From NCBI GenBank assembly GCA_964194965.1, contig CAXMQD010000251.1, positions 1 through 62,541 of the forward strand: 62,541 bases of DNA, given 5' to 3'. The translations under genes were made by a program, and so were the position numbers. This DNA is from an uncultured Acidimicrobiia bacterium (GTDB lineage: Bacteria; Pseudomonadota; Alphaproteobacteria; Kiloniellales; J153). The notes beneath the pieces were generated by a model. That model saw only the letters and a list, made by a program, of their open reading frames with translations, had not been told where the DNA came from and ran no database searches. Shown piece by piece: positions 20,283-29,511 of the stretch (positions within the stretch are counted from its first letter, which is position 1; each line of letters begins with the position of its first letter).

Positions 20283-21566
20283 ATGGACCTGACGAAGCTG
20301 GGTGCGCGCGAGGCCGCGGCCCTGATCGTCGAGGGACGACTCACCGCGGTGGGTCTGACGGAAGCGTGTCTGGAGCGCATCGCCGCGCGCGACGGGGAGG
20401 TCCGCGCCTGGGCGCATCTCGACCCCGAGGCCGCGCTCGCGCAGGCGCGCGCCTGCGACGCTCGCGCGCCCGTTGGGCCGCTCCACGGCGTGCCCGTAGG
20501 CATAAAGGACATCATGGACACCGCCGATATGCCGACCGAGTACGGCTCGCCGATCTACCGCGATCATCGGCCCGCGACGGATGCGATTTGCGTCGCCAAG
20601 GTCCGCGCCGCGGGCGGGGTGGTTCTGGGCAAGACCGTGTCGACCGAATTCGCCCACCGTCAACCCAACATCCAAACGCGCAACTCCCACGATCCCGCCC
20701 GGACTCCCGGCGGCTCGTCGAGTGGATCGGCCGCCGCGGTCGCCGACTTCATGGTGCCGCTCGCCTTCGGCACCCAGACCGGCGGCTCGATCATTCGTCC
20801 GGCATCGTTCTGCGGCGTCTACGGCTACAAGCCGACCTATGACACTATTGCGACCGCCGGGGTCAAGCCGCTCGCCCCCGGGCTCGACACCGTCGGCACT
20901 TTCGCGCGCAACCTGGATGACATTGCCTGGTTCGGGGCGGCGCTGTCGAACGACGAGCCAAGCGATATTCCGGTGTGGTCGGGTGCCGCGCCGCGGGTGG
21001 GCTTGACCCGCGGCTACGAATGGTCCCAGGCCGAGGCGGCGACGGTCGAGGCCGTCGAAACTGCCGCCGCCCGTCTCGAGGAAGCGGGCGCAGAGGTCAC
21101 GGAGGTTGTTCTGCCCAACGCCTTCGCGGAGCTCGCCGACGCGCAAATAACGATCATGCGCGTCGAGGCGACTCAGGCCCTGGCCTGGGAGCGCGCCAAC
21201 CACTCGGATCGGCTGAGCGCGCCCCTGCGCGGCTTGTTGGACCGGGGCGCGGGAATCTCCGTTGAGGTTCACGACAGCGCCGTGACGCTCGCCCGGAAGT
21301 GCCGCGCGCGCCTAGCCGAGGCGTTCGCCGGTAACGACGTGTTACTCACCGCCAGCGCTCGCGGCGAAGCCCCGGTCGGGCTCGAGTCGACCGGCGATCC
21401 GGTTTTCAATCGCAACTGGACCCTGCTCCATGTCCCCTGCGTGACGATTCCCTTCGGCCGAGGACCGAACGGCATGCCGGTCGGTGTGCAGCTCGTGGCT
21501 CGGCCGGGCGCGCACCAACGTCTGCTCGGCGCGGCAAAGTGGATCGCCACCCGGCTCGGTGTATGA
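20283..21566 (+). CDS. Amidase-signature family amidase (GatA-like)
   Basis: Track ORF is 20112..21566. I prefer the ATG at 20283 with GGGGAGGA upstream, giving 'MDLTKLGAREAAALIVEG'. 'GIKDIMDT' carries the Lys, and 'GGSSSGSAAAVA' is the AS signature. Confidence 0.85.
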   Translation: MDLTKLGAREAAALIVEGRLTAVGLTEACLERIAARDGEVRAWAHLDPEAALAQARACDARAPVGPLHGVPVGIKDIMDTADMPTEYGSPIYRDHRPATDAICVAKVRAAGGVVLGKTVSTEFAHRQPNIQTRNSHDPARTPGGSSSGSAAAVADFMVPLAFGTQTGGSIIRPASFCGVYGYKPTYDTIATAGVKPLAPGLDTVGTFARNLDDIAWFGAALSNDEPSDIPVWSGAAPRVGLTRGYEWSQAEAATVEAVETAAARLEEAGAEVTEVVLPNAFAELADAQITIMRVEATQALAWERANHSDRLSAPLRGLLDRGAGISVEVHDSAVTLARKCRARLAEAFAGNDVLLTASARGEAPVGLESTGDPVFNRNWTLLHVPCVTIPFGRGPNGMPVGVQLVARPGAHQRLLGAAKWIATRLGV

Positions 21567-21612
21567 GCACTTCCGCGCCGCATTCATAGGCGCGTCATCG
21601 GTATTAGCCGAA

Positions 21613-22794
21613 CTATTTGATCACACGCTGTTCCACCGCCTGGGCCGCGATCGCCGCCCAGTCGTAGGTCACGCCGAGGCCGGGACCTTGGGGTACCGGC
21701 ACGCAGCCCTCGGCGTCGATGCTGTCCAGCTGATCGGCGTAGCCGTCGGCGTAGACCGGCAGGGACCAGGGGTTCGCCGTGCGCGGATGCACCAGGTTCA
21801 TTTCGTAGTAGTTGCTCCTGGGGAGCGCCGCCATGAGGTGGCGCATGGCCGGTCCGCAGGAGTGGACCTCGGTATCCAGGCCCAGGGCCTCGGCGGCGAT
21901 CGCGGTCTTGAGGCACCCGGTCAGGCCCCCGTCGTAATCCGGGTCGGCCCGGGCGAAGTCGCTGGCGCCGGCCACCAGCAGGTCGATAGTGGTCTCGGGG
22001 TTGCGCAGGTGCTCGGTGATCAGGATCGGCGTGCGCAGGTGCTCCTTGAGCTTCTTGTGGCCGTGAATCGACACGCCGCCGTCCGCATAGGGATCTTCCA
22101 GCCAGTACAGGCCGTACTCGTCGCAGACCCGTCCGACCTTGATCGCATCGGCGAAGGTTTTGAGGTGGCAGGCCGCGTCGTACATGATCGCCATGCGGTC
22201 CCCGACTCGCTCGGCCACGGCCCGGATCATGGCGATCTCCCGGTCCGGGTCGCCCTCGGGCCAGCCGTGCATCTTGAAGGCCCGGTAGCCGAGCGCCAGG
22301 CAGGTCTCGGCGAAGTCGCCATAGGCCTCTGGGCTGGACAGGCCGTCGGCCTGGTGGTCGCCGATCATGGTGCTGGCATAGGTCGGCAGGCGGCTGCGGG
22401 CGCCGCCCAGCATTTGGGTGACCGAGACCCCCTGAAACTTGCCGGCCAGATCCCAGAGTGCGATATCCAGGGGGCCGATCCCGACCTCGCCGATATGCTT
22501 GGTGGCAAGCCGGAGCGCGCGATAGTGCCGCTCTCGCTGGAGCGCGTCCTTGCCGATCAGGCCATAAGCCAGGGTCTCGCAGGCGCCGATCGTCGCCGTG
22601 GTGCGGCCGCGCGGCGTCACGTAGGTGCCGACCAATCCATCGCCGGCGAAGACCCTGACCGCCAGACGCAATTGCGCCGTGCCCGGTCCCGGAACATAGC
22701 TGACCCCGAGCCCGCCGGGGCCGGAGGCCAGGTTTTCGATTCGGATTTCGAAGGCGGTCAGCTCGATCCGTTCGATGACCGGTGCGTTCGTCAT
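21613..22794 (-). CDS. Enolase-superfamily (mandelate racemase/muconate lactonizing) acid-sugar dehydratase-like enzyme
   Basis: Track ORF is 21613..22809 (TTG). The ATG at 22794 has GGAG 9 nt upstream. Contains 'FKMHGW', 'IMYDAACH', 'YWLEDP' and 'ITEH', the metal-ligand pattern of the MR subgroup. The antisense 476-aa ORF is rejected. Confidence 0.85.
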   Translation of the reverse strand: MTNAPVIERIELTAFEIRIENLASGPGGLGVSYVPGPGTAQLRLAVRVFAGDGLVGTYVTPRGRTTATIGACETLAYGLIGKDALQRERHYRALRLATKHIGEVGIGPLDIALWDLAGKFQGVSVTQMLGGARSRLPTYASTMIGDHQADGLSSPEAYGDFAETCLALGYRAFKMHGWPEGDPDREIAMIRAVAERVGDRMAIMYDAACHLKTFADAIKVGRVCDEYGLYWLEDPYADGGVSIHGHKKLKEHLRTPILITEHLRNPETTIDLLVAGASDFARADPDYDGGLTGCLKTAIAAEALGLDTEVHSCGPAMRHLMAALPRSNYYEMNLVHPRTANPWSLPVYADGYADQLDSIDAEGCVPVPQGPGLGVTYDWAAIAAQAVEQRVIK

Positions 22795-22830
22795 GGCGCG
22801 GTGCTCCAAGGGAAGGTGATCGGATGGGAT

Positions 22831-23793
22831 TCAGTTGCCGGTGACGCTATCGATGTGGCCGAACAGCCGCGCCAGGCGGTCTTGGAGATCCTGGGGCAGG
22901 GGAGGCCGCGATAAGGCGTTCAGATTTGCCTCCAGGTGCGCCGGGTTGCCGGTTCCGGTCAAGACCACGTCCACGCCGGGCTCGTGGCGGCAGAACCGGT
23001 AGGCGGCCTCGGTGAGGCTCAGGCAATGGCGGTCGGAGAGCAGGAAGCCGAGAGGGTCGCTCCGGTCGAGCCCGTTCTCGGCCACCAGACCTTTCTCGAT
23101 CAGGCCGTCGATCAGTTCCCGGAGCGCAGGCGCTTGCGACAAGGCCCGCCGGACCGCGAACATGTTCAGCGTGCCCACATTGTTCTCCCGGGTCAGGGTA
23201 AATACCCGATTCCGGGCCGAGGGGTTCAGCAGATTGAAACCGACCATGACCACGTCCCAGGCATCGTCCTTCAGCGCCGCTTGCAACATGCGGTGTTGCG
23301 GATCGGCGGGGAAGCGCTCGGTCAAGCCGATGAACCGGAATTTGCCCTGCTCGCGCAGGCGCCGGAGCTCCGGCAGCAAGGTCTCGTGAGTCCGCCGATA
23401 GTGGTCCGGATGCACCGCGTGGAGGCAGTAGATGTCCACGTAGTCCGTGCCCAGGCGTCTCAGGCTGGCCTCCAGCTTTTCGCTCAAACTGGCGGGATCG
23501 ACGACCGCGCCGTCGCGCGCGGCCGCGGTCTTGGTGGTCAGCACTGCGCCGTGGCGCCGGCCCTTCAGTGCCTTGCCGATCACTTCCTCGGTGCCGTAGA
23601 GATCCGCCGTGTCGATCAGGTTGGCGCCCCGGTCGAGGGCGCCGTGAATGATCCGGATGGCGCGGCTGTCGTCGCCGGAATCGGTCAGGGACAGGCGGCT
23701 GCGCCCCCCGCCGCCCAGTCCAGCGACGCCGACCTCTAGACCGGTGCGGCCCAAGATCGTGCGCGCAACGGGCAGCTCGGTAGGGGGCATCAT
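22831..23793 (-). CDS. Aldo/keto reductase
   Basis: Track ORF is 22831..23829. The ATG at 23793 has AAGGAGA upstream. Contains 'LGRTGLEVGVAGLGG', 'NLIDTADLYGTEEVIG' and 'YVDIYCLH'. Confidence 0.85.
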   Translation of the reverse strand: MMPPTELPVARTILGRTGLEVGVAGLGGGGRSRLSLTDSGDDSRAIRIIHGALDRGANLIDTADLYGTEEVIGKALKGRRHGAVLTTKTAAARDGAVVDPASLSEKLEASLRRLGTDYVDIYCLHAVHPDHYRRTHETLLPELRRLREQGKFRFIGLTERFPADPQHRMLQAALKDDAWDVVMVGFNLLNPSARNRVFTLTRENNVGTLNMFAVRRALSQAPALRELIDGLIEKGLVAENGLDRSDPLGFLLSDRHCLSLTEAAYRFCRHEPGVDVVLTGTGNPAHLEANLNALSRPPLPQDLQDRLARLFGHIDSVTGN

Positions 23794-23920
23794 GTTTTCT
23801 CCTTGGTCGCCAGGATTCGCGGCAAACAATCGCCGGGCATGACCACCGGGTCGCCGTAACTCCCAGTGATGCGTGGAGAGTGCTGATCCGACACGAGGAA
23901 CCGGACGTTCGGTTGTCCGG

Positions 23921-25063
23921 TCATGGTTTTCGGTTACTCATTGCGGAGGCTCTGTCTTGAGATCGATTCAGAGATGCGGCGAGGCTCACACCAAGCCCGG
24001 GCCGATCCGGCACCGGGATCCTGCCTGCCGTTGGCCTAAACGATTCGCCTGCGACGATCTCGTCAAAAAGCGGCGTTTCGTCGAACTGCATCTCCAGGAT
24101 GAGGAATCCGGATACCGCCGCGCTTACCTGGACGCTGTGGCCATGGCAGATCGGCCCCGAGGGATTGTGCGGCGAGCAGGCGACACCGCTGCGCTCCGCC
24201 AGCTCCGCGATCTCCAGCACCGTGGCGAGCCCGCCGGCGTACTTCACATCGGGCATTATCACGTCGTAGAGCCCGGCCTCGAGGAACGGCGCGAAGCCGG
24301 CAACGCCGGTCCGGAGCTCGCACCCGGCGGTGCGGATGCCTTTTCCGTTGGCCCGCGCGCGGAACTGGCGGATACGAGCAAATTCCGGTGTTTCCTCGGG
24401 AAACGGGCATTCGATCCAGTAGAGGCCGAGCGCCTCGGCCTCGGCCAGAAGCTGGTTGGCGGTCTCCGGCCCGAGCCGCCAGTGGCAGTCGACCAACAGC
24501 CGGGCGTCCCGGCCGATCGCCTGACGCACCGCGGCGATGCGGGCGAGACCGTCCGCCAGGAGTCGCCGGGCTTCGGCCGCCGGAGTGGCTGGCGTCAGCC
24601 GGTCGAAGGGCGCGATCTTGACCGCGTCGAACCCGGCGGCGCGGGCCAGCCCGGCGCTCGCCGCGAAACCCTCCGGCGTGCGATCCGTGGTGCGCCGGTT
24701 GACGTTGGCGTAGACCGCGACCTCGCTCAGAGGCTCGGCCGCCAGAAGCGCCGCCACCGGTTTTCCGGCGCGCTGGGCTTCGATGTCCCACAGGGCTTGA
24801 TCCAACCCGCATGCAACGGCGGTCTGCGCCAGGTCGCCCGACTCCCGCCACGACGCCGGGAGGCTCGCCACCGAAGCCGGGCGCCCCAGATGCTCCGGCC
24901 GCCAGCGCTCGAAGCACGCGCGTAGCGCGTCCTGCCGTCCGCCGAGCGTCGCCTCGCCCGTGCCGACCCGGCCATCGGAGGTCTCGACCTCGACGAACGT
25001 CCAGACGGTTTTGTCGGTGACGGTCAGCTCGTGCAAACGGAGCTCTGAGATCGATTCTGTCAT
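23921..25063 (-). CDS. Enolase-superfamily enzyme (second paralog-class member, dehydratase/cycloisomerase-like)
   Basis: 380 aa. 'WTFVEVETSDGRVGTGEA' is the capping domain. 'AVKIAPF', 'LLVDCHWR', 'YWIECP', 'AGCE' and 'DVKYAGG' form the barrel ligand pattern. Three overlapping Arg/Pro-rich ORFs in other frames are rejected. Confidence 0.8.
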   Translation of the reverse strand: MTESISELRLHELTVTDKTVWTFVEVETSDGRVGTGEATLGGRQDALRACFERWRPEHLGRPASVASLPASWRESGDLAQTAVACGLDQALWDIEAQRAGKPVAALLAAEPLSEVAVYANVNRRTTDRTPEGFAASAGLARAAGFDAVKIAPFDRLTPATPAAEARRLLADGLARIAAVRQAIGRDARLLVDCHWRLGPETANQLLAEAEALGLYWIECPFPEETPEFARIRQFRARANGKGIRTAGCELRTGVAGFAPFLEAGLYDVIMPDVKYAGGLATVLEIAELAERSGVACSPHNPSGPICHGHSVQVSAAVSGFLILEMQFDETPLFDEIVAGESFRPTAGRIPVPDRPGLGVSLAASLNRSQDRASAMSNRKP

Positions 25064-25148
25064 GGACCGCGTTGTAAAAGTGCAAGTCCGCCTGGCGGCC
25101 GCCTCCGGTCGTTCAGACGCGGCTTGCGATCGCTGGCACCCGCCGCCC

Positions 25149-26246
25149 TCACACCACCCTTTCGGCGGTGGGGTCGAAGATGTGCATATTGTTCATGTTG
25201 ATGGTGAACGCCATGGTTTCGCCCACCGCGCTGACCGCCTTGGGCGCGGAACGGGCGCTGATCTCTATGCCGCCAAGTTCGATGATGACCATGGTGTCCA
25301 TGCCCATGGGCTCCAACACGTGGACCTCGGCCTCCAAGTCCAACTGGTTTTCGACCGTATGAACCTTGCGTTCGGTCAGGTGCTCCGGACGGATACCGAA
25401 TATCATATCCCTGCCGACGAAGGGACGGTAGCGGTCCTGATACCCGGTTGGGACCGGGAAGATCAGATCGTCGCCGATTCGCACGCCGACGCTCGAGCCA
25501 TTGGACTCCAGCCTGCAGGGCACGAAGTTCATGGCCGGCGAGCCGATGAAGCCGGCAACGAAGAAGGTGGCGGGCTCGTCGTACATTTGTTGGGGCGTGC
25601 CGACTTGCTCGATGATGCCGTCGTTCATGACCACGATGCGGTCCGCCAGGGTCATGGCTTCCACTTGGTCATGGGTGACGTAAACCACGGTCGTGCGCAC
25701 CCGGCGATGGATCTTCTTGATCTCGGTGCGCATTTGCACCCTGAGCTTGGCATCCAGGTTGCTCAAGGGTTCGTCGAACAGGAACACCTGGGGGTCGCGC
25801 ACGATGGCCCGGCCCATGGCGACCCGCTGACGTTGGCCACCGGAAAGCTGCTTCGGCTGCCGGTCGAGCAGCTCCGAGATGTTCAGAATCTCCGCGGCGT
25901 TGCGCACCCGCTGCTCGATCTCGTTCTTGGGTGTCCGGCGCAGCTTGAGCCCGAACGACATGTTATCGTACACGGTCATGTGAGGATAGAGGGCGTAGTT
26001 CTGGAACACCATGGCGATGTCCCGATCCTTGGGCGGCACGTCGTTGATCAGCCGCTCGCCGATGATAATCTCGCCGGAGGTAATCTCCTCCAGGCCGGCG
26101 ATCATGCGCAGTGTCGTGGACTTACCACAGCCCGATGGTCCAACCAGGACCACGAACTCGTTGTGGGCGATGTCCAGATCGATGCTCCGCACCGCCGGCT
26201 TATCGCCGTAAATTTTCTCCAGATCTTTTAGAATGATGCGGGCCAT
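25149..26246 (-). CDS. Sugar ABC transporter ATP-binding protein (MalK/UgpC-like, CUT1)
   Basis: Track ORF is 25149..26477. I prefer the ATG at 26246, giving '[44 protein letters not shown]'. Contains '[14 protein letters not shown]' and '[11 protein letters not shown]', plus a C-terminal MalK-type regulatory domain. Confidence 0.9.
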   Translation of the reverse strand: MARIILKDLEKIYGDKPAVRSIDLDIAHNEFVVLVGPSGCGKSTTLRMIAGLEEITSGEIIIGERLINDVPPKDRDIAMVFQNYALYPHMTVYDNMSFGLKLRRTPKNEIEQRVRNAAEILNISELLDRQPKQLSGGQRQRVAMGRAIVRDPQVFLFDEPLSNLDAKLRVQMRTEIKKIHRRVRTTVVYVTHDQVEAMTLADRIVVMNDGIIEQVGTPQQMYDEPATFFVAGFIGSPAMNFVPCRLESNGSSVGVRIGDDLIFPVPTGYQDRYRPFVGRDMIFGIRPEHLTERKVHTVENQLDLEAEVHVLEPMGMDTMVIIELGGIEISARSAPKAVSAVGETMAFTINMNNMHIFDPTAERVV

Positions 26247-26311
26247 CGGGTCTCTTCCCTCGGTTCTACGCCTCGGTTTTCCGGACGTCTTGCCGGCGTT
26301 GCCATATACCG

Positions 26312-27763
26312 TCACACATAGATCGGTGCCTCGCCTGGCGCCGGCGTGTAGCCGGGCGAGCCTTGGGCGACGATGGCCTCTTGACCGCCGCCCGAGGCGA
26401 TGCGCAGGGCCTGATCCGCCTTGGCCTTCCGGTCGATCTCGTCCGGATCCAAAAGCGCGCGCAATGCCGATTCGCACGACGCCAACACCGCGCCATGGCT
26501 GGGGTCGCCGGCCAGATCGTTGAGCTCCTTCGGGTCGCTTTCCAGGTCGAACAGCTGGGCCGGGTAGTCCACGTGATGGACATATTTGTGGCGGCCCTTG
26601 CGAATCATGAAGCTCGCCGATTTGGCGCCCGCGCTATGCTGCTGGGACAAGATGACCCGGTCCGGCGTGGCGCCGTCGGCGAGCGCGAAGAGCGACGATC
26701 CGGGCAGGTCCCGATCTTCGTCGGTGGGCGCGACGCCGGTCGCCTCCAGGACGGTCGGAAAGATGTCCAATAGTTGGACCGGCGTCTCCACAACTCGGCC
26801 CGGCGGCAAGTCGGGGCCGGCCATGATCATGGGCACGCCTACTGACTCTTCGGTCATGTTGCACTTGCTGAACAAGCCCTTCTCGCCCATGGATTCGCCA
26901 TGGTCCGAGGAATAGATGATCCGCGTGTTTTCGGTCAGGCCGTTACGCTCGAGCGCCGTCATCAATTGACCGATGTTGTCGTCCAGATAGCTGATCATGC
27001 CCAGATAGGCGGCGGTCACCCGGCGCGCCGTGGCCTCGTCGAAGGGCTCCTCGATGCCGAAGAACCGGCGGAAGTCCTTGTAGGCGGGATGTTCCGGCCG
27101 CTGGTTCGGCCAATAAGCCTCGGGCCAGGGGATTTGGTCGTGCGGATAGAGGTCGTAGAACCGCTTGGGCGCGAGCCAGGGCGGGTGTGGACAGACCAGG
27201 GAGACGAAGGTGGCCCAGGGTTTATCGTTATGCTTGCCGGCTTCGTTGTCCAGCCAGTCGACCGCGCGGGCGGTGATCTGCCGGTCATATTCGGTGTAAG
27301 TCGATTCGCCGCCACCGGATTCGTTTACCAGCATCCTGAACTTGCGGGAGACCGGCATGGGATCGCGGATGATGGTGAACAGCATGCCCACCCCGCCGAT
27401 CACGTGGAGCGGCACAATCTCCTCGTCGAAGCCGTTGGGGTCCTCGGTGTCCCGATAGTGCAGCTTGCCGATGGAGGTGGCTCGATGGCCCTGGTCCATG
27501 AGCCGATGGCCCCAGGAGGGGGTCGTCCCGTGATAGGGCCGCGCGTTGTCCCAGATCTCGATCTCGTGCACGTGGCGCCCGGTCGCCAGACTGGCGCGCG
27601 AGGGAACGCAGATCGGGCCGTTGCAGTAGGCGTTTCGGAACAGCGTGCCTCTAGCCGCCAGGCGATCCAGGTTCGGGGTCAGGGCCACCGGATGACCGGC
27701 GCAGCCCATCGCCCGGCGGGTGTGCTGGTCGGAGAGAATAAACAGCATGTTCATAGGTTTCAT
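26312..27763 (-). CDS. Cys-type sulfatase, cytoplasmic, paralog group B
   Basis: Track ORF is 26312..27982. I prefer the ATG at 27763, giving '[25 protein letters not shown]'. Contains '[22 protein letters not shown]' and '[13 protein letters not shown]'. The C-terminal tail '[13 protein letters not shown]...[13 protein letters not shown]' is shared with four neighbours. Confidence 0.9.
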   Translation of the reverse strand: MKPMNMLFILSDQHTRRAMGCAGHPVALTPNLDRLAARGTLFRNAYCNGPICVPSRASLATGRHVHEIEIWDNARPYHGTTPSWGHRLMDQGHRATSIGKLHYRDTEDPNGFDEEIVPLHVIGGVGMLFTIIRDPMPVSRKFRMLVNESGGGESTYTEYDRQITARAVDWLDNEAGKHNDKPWATFVSLVCPHPPWLAPKRFYDLYPHDQIPWPEAYWPNQRPEHPAYKDFRRFFGIEEPFDEATARRVTAAYLGMISYLDDNIGQLMTALERNGLTENTRIIYSSDHGESMGEKGLFSKCNMTEESVGVPMIMAGPDLPPGRVVETPVQLLDIFPTVLEATGVAPTDEDRDLPGSSLFALADGATPDRVILSQQHSAGAKSASFMIRKGRHKYVHHVDYPAQLFDLESDPKELNDLAGDPSHGAVLASCESALRALLDPDEIDRKAKADQALRIASGGGQEAIVAQGSPGYTPAPGEAPIYV

Positions 27764-28007
27764 GGTGCGGACAGCCCCAAAAAAAAGATCTTGCCGAGCA
27801 GAGTCCTCCCGACCTCCTCGATCCCAGACCGTGGCAAGGGCACCATAAACCGGAGACCAGCGCAAGCTCGGAGCGCCACGAATCGGTCTTCGACCTTTCC
27901 CATGGGTGCCCACATGCGCTAGACAGGTAGGCGAAGGATCGAAGATCGTGTTATCCTGATGACGCGAACAATATCGGTCCAAAAATTACCGAGAGGGAGG
28001 ATTCACG

Positions 28008-29435
28008 ATGAAGATCGGCAAATTTATACCTGCTGGCTTGTTGGCTCTGACCGTAGGCACCGCGCCGGCCTCCGCCGAGGTCAACTGGCGCCAGTTCGAG
28101 GGCACGACGCTGAACATGCTCGGTTTCGCCGTCAGCTACATCGACGCCTGGTTCCGGCCCATGGCCAAGCAGTTCGAGAAGGAGACCGGCATCAAATTAC
28201 GCCTCGAGGTGCTGCAAGCCGGTCAGATGCGCAAGAAGCAGGACATCATGCTGGCCGGCGAGGACGAAACCCTCGACGTCATCATGCTGCAGATGGACAA
28301 CCGGGGCGGCAAGCTGACGCTGGCCGGGCATCTGGAGCCGCTGGAGTCCTACCTCGCCGATCCCAGCCTGACGCCAGCTGATTTCAACTATCCGGACGAC
28401 TGGCTCGGCGGATGTATCAACACCGAAAAGGTGATCAAGGGCCAGCCGCTCAACAACATCGTGTGGTCGGCCCAGGCACAGCTTCTGCACATTCGCACGG
28501 ACTTGTTCAAGAAGTACGGCGTCAAGGTGCCGACCACCATGGAAGAGCTGGAGGATGCCGCCAAGAAGCTCACCATCGACGAGGACGGCGACGGCAAGCC
28601 GGAGATCTACGGCTTCCTGTCGCGCGGCCACGGCCGGCTGACCACGGCCAGCTTCGCCTCCTATCTGTTCAACTTCGGCGGTTCCTGGTTCGTGACCAAT
28701 CCGGACGGCACCCGTGTCGCCAACATCAATTCGAAGGAATCGATCGACGCCTTCGAGTTCTATGGCCGCATGATTCGCGATTACGCGCCGACCTCGGCGC
28801 TTAACACCAAGCCGCCCCAAAACGCCGCGCTCTATGCCGCCGGCAAGGTGGCCATGCTGTCGGCGCTCAATTTCTGGCACTCCTTGGCCAGCGATCCCAA
28901 GAAGTCGCGCATCGCCGGCAATACCACCACCATTTTGGTTCCGGCCGGGCGCGCGGGCAGCTTTCCAAACCTGCCCACCACGTCGCTCGCCATCTCCAAG
29001 CATTCGGAAAAAAAGAAGGCGGCTTGGCTCTACATCGCCTGGATGACCCAAAAGCGCATCATGCTGAAGGGCCAGAACGCCGCGGTGCCCATGTGCCGGC
29101 GTTCGGTGTGGAACGATCCGTCCTACACGCCGCCGACCCCGGCCTGGGGCAAGTCGGCCGAGGTCGCCGCCGACTTCGGCATCGCCATCGCCAAACCACA
29201 GGCCATCGCCATCGGGCAGATGCGCGACGCGGCCGGCGAGATTATGAACGTGGCGATCCGTGACGGTTCCCGCGCCGCCATCCAGGCCGAGGCCGACAAG
29301 CAGGCCGCGTTCATGAACGAGCTCATGAAGAAGACCGAGAAGGGCGTCAACTTTGCCGGCGTGCTACCGGCCTTCGCCAAGAAGTTGACCATGGAGGATC
29401 AGTTGCTTCCGATCGAGGCCGAAGGCTTGAATTAG
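28008..29435 (+). CDS. Extracellular solute-binding protein family 1 (CUT1 sugar ABC SBP)
   Basis: 475 aa. Signal peptide 'MKIGKFIPAGLLALTVGTAPASA'. GAGGGAGG lies upstream. Divergent from the sulfatase/ATPase operon. Confidence 0.85.
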   Translation: MKIGKFIPAGLLALTVGTAPASAEVNWRQFEGTTLNMLGFAVSYIDAWFRPMAKQFEKETGIKLRLEVLQAGQMRKKQDIMLAGEDETLDVIMLQMDNRGGKLTLAGHLEPLESYLADPSLTPADFNYPDDWLGGCINTEKVIKGQPLNNIVWSAQAQLLHIRTDLFKKYGVKVPTTMEELEDAAKKLTIDEDGDGKPEIYGFLSRGHGRLTTASFASYLFNFGGSWFVTNPDGTRVANINSKESIDAFEFYGRMIRDYAPTSALNTKPPQNAALYAAGKVAMLSALNFWHSLASDPKKSRIAGNTTTILVPAGRAGSFPNLPTTSLAISKHSEKKKAAWLYIAWMTQKRIMLKGQNAAVPMCRRSVWNDPSYTPPTPAWGKSAEVAADFGIAIAKPQAIAIGQMRDAAGEIMNVAIRDGSRAAIQAEADKQAAFMNELMKKTEKGVNFAGVLPAFAKKLTMEDQLLPIEAEGLN

Positions 29436-29443
29436 GCCGAAAA

Positions 29444-29470
29444 CGCGGGAGGCCATTGCGGCCTCCCGCG
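29444..29470 (+). terminator. Intercistronic GC-rich stem-loop after the SBP gene (attenuator or mRNA-stability element)
   Basis: 11-bp perfect stem cgcgggaggcc / ggcctcccgcg with a 5-nt loop, 8 nt after the stop at 29435. The tail tgctcttc is T-poor, so it is not a canonical terminator. Confidence 0.4.
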
Positions 29471-29511
29471 TGCTCTTCATGTCGCCGCTCTCGGAGGAGG
29501 GGATCGAACCC

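Noticed and set aside
21484-22914. 476-aa plus-strand ORF covering the whole enolase-superfamily gene
   Set aside because: It is antisense to a gene with clear family motifs. Its translation is Ala/Gly/Arg/Val-rich with no recognisable motif. This is a typical high-GC shadow ORF.
23873-26231. ORFs 23873..24925 (+), 24063..25085 (-), 24960..26231 (+)
   Set aside because: They overlap the second enolase-superfamily gene and the MalK-like ATPase gene. They have Arg/Pro/Gly-dominated composition and no motifs, and the real genes explain the region.
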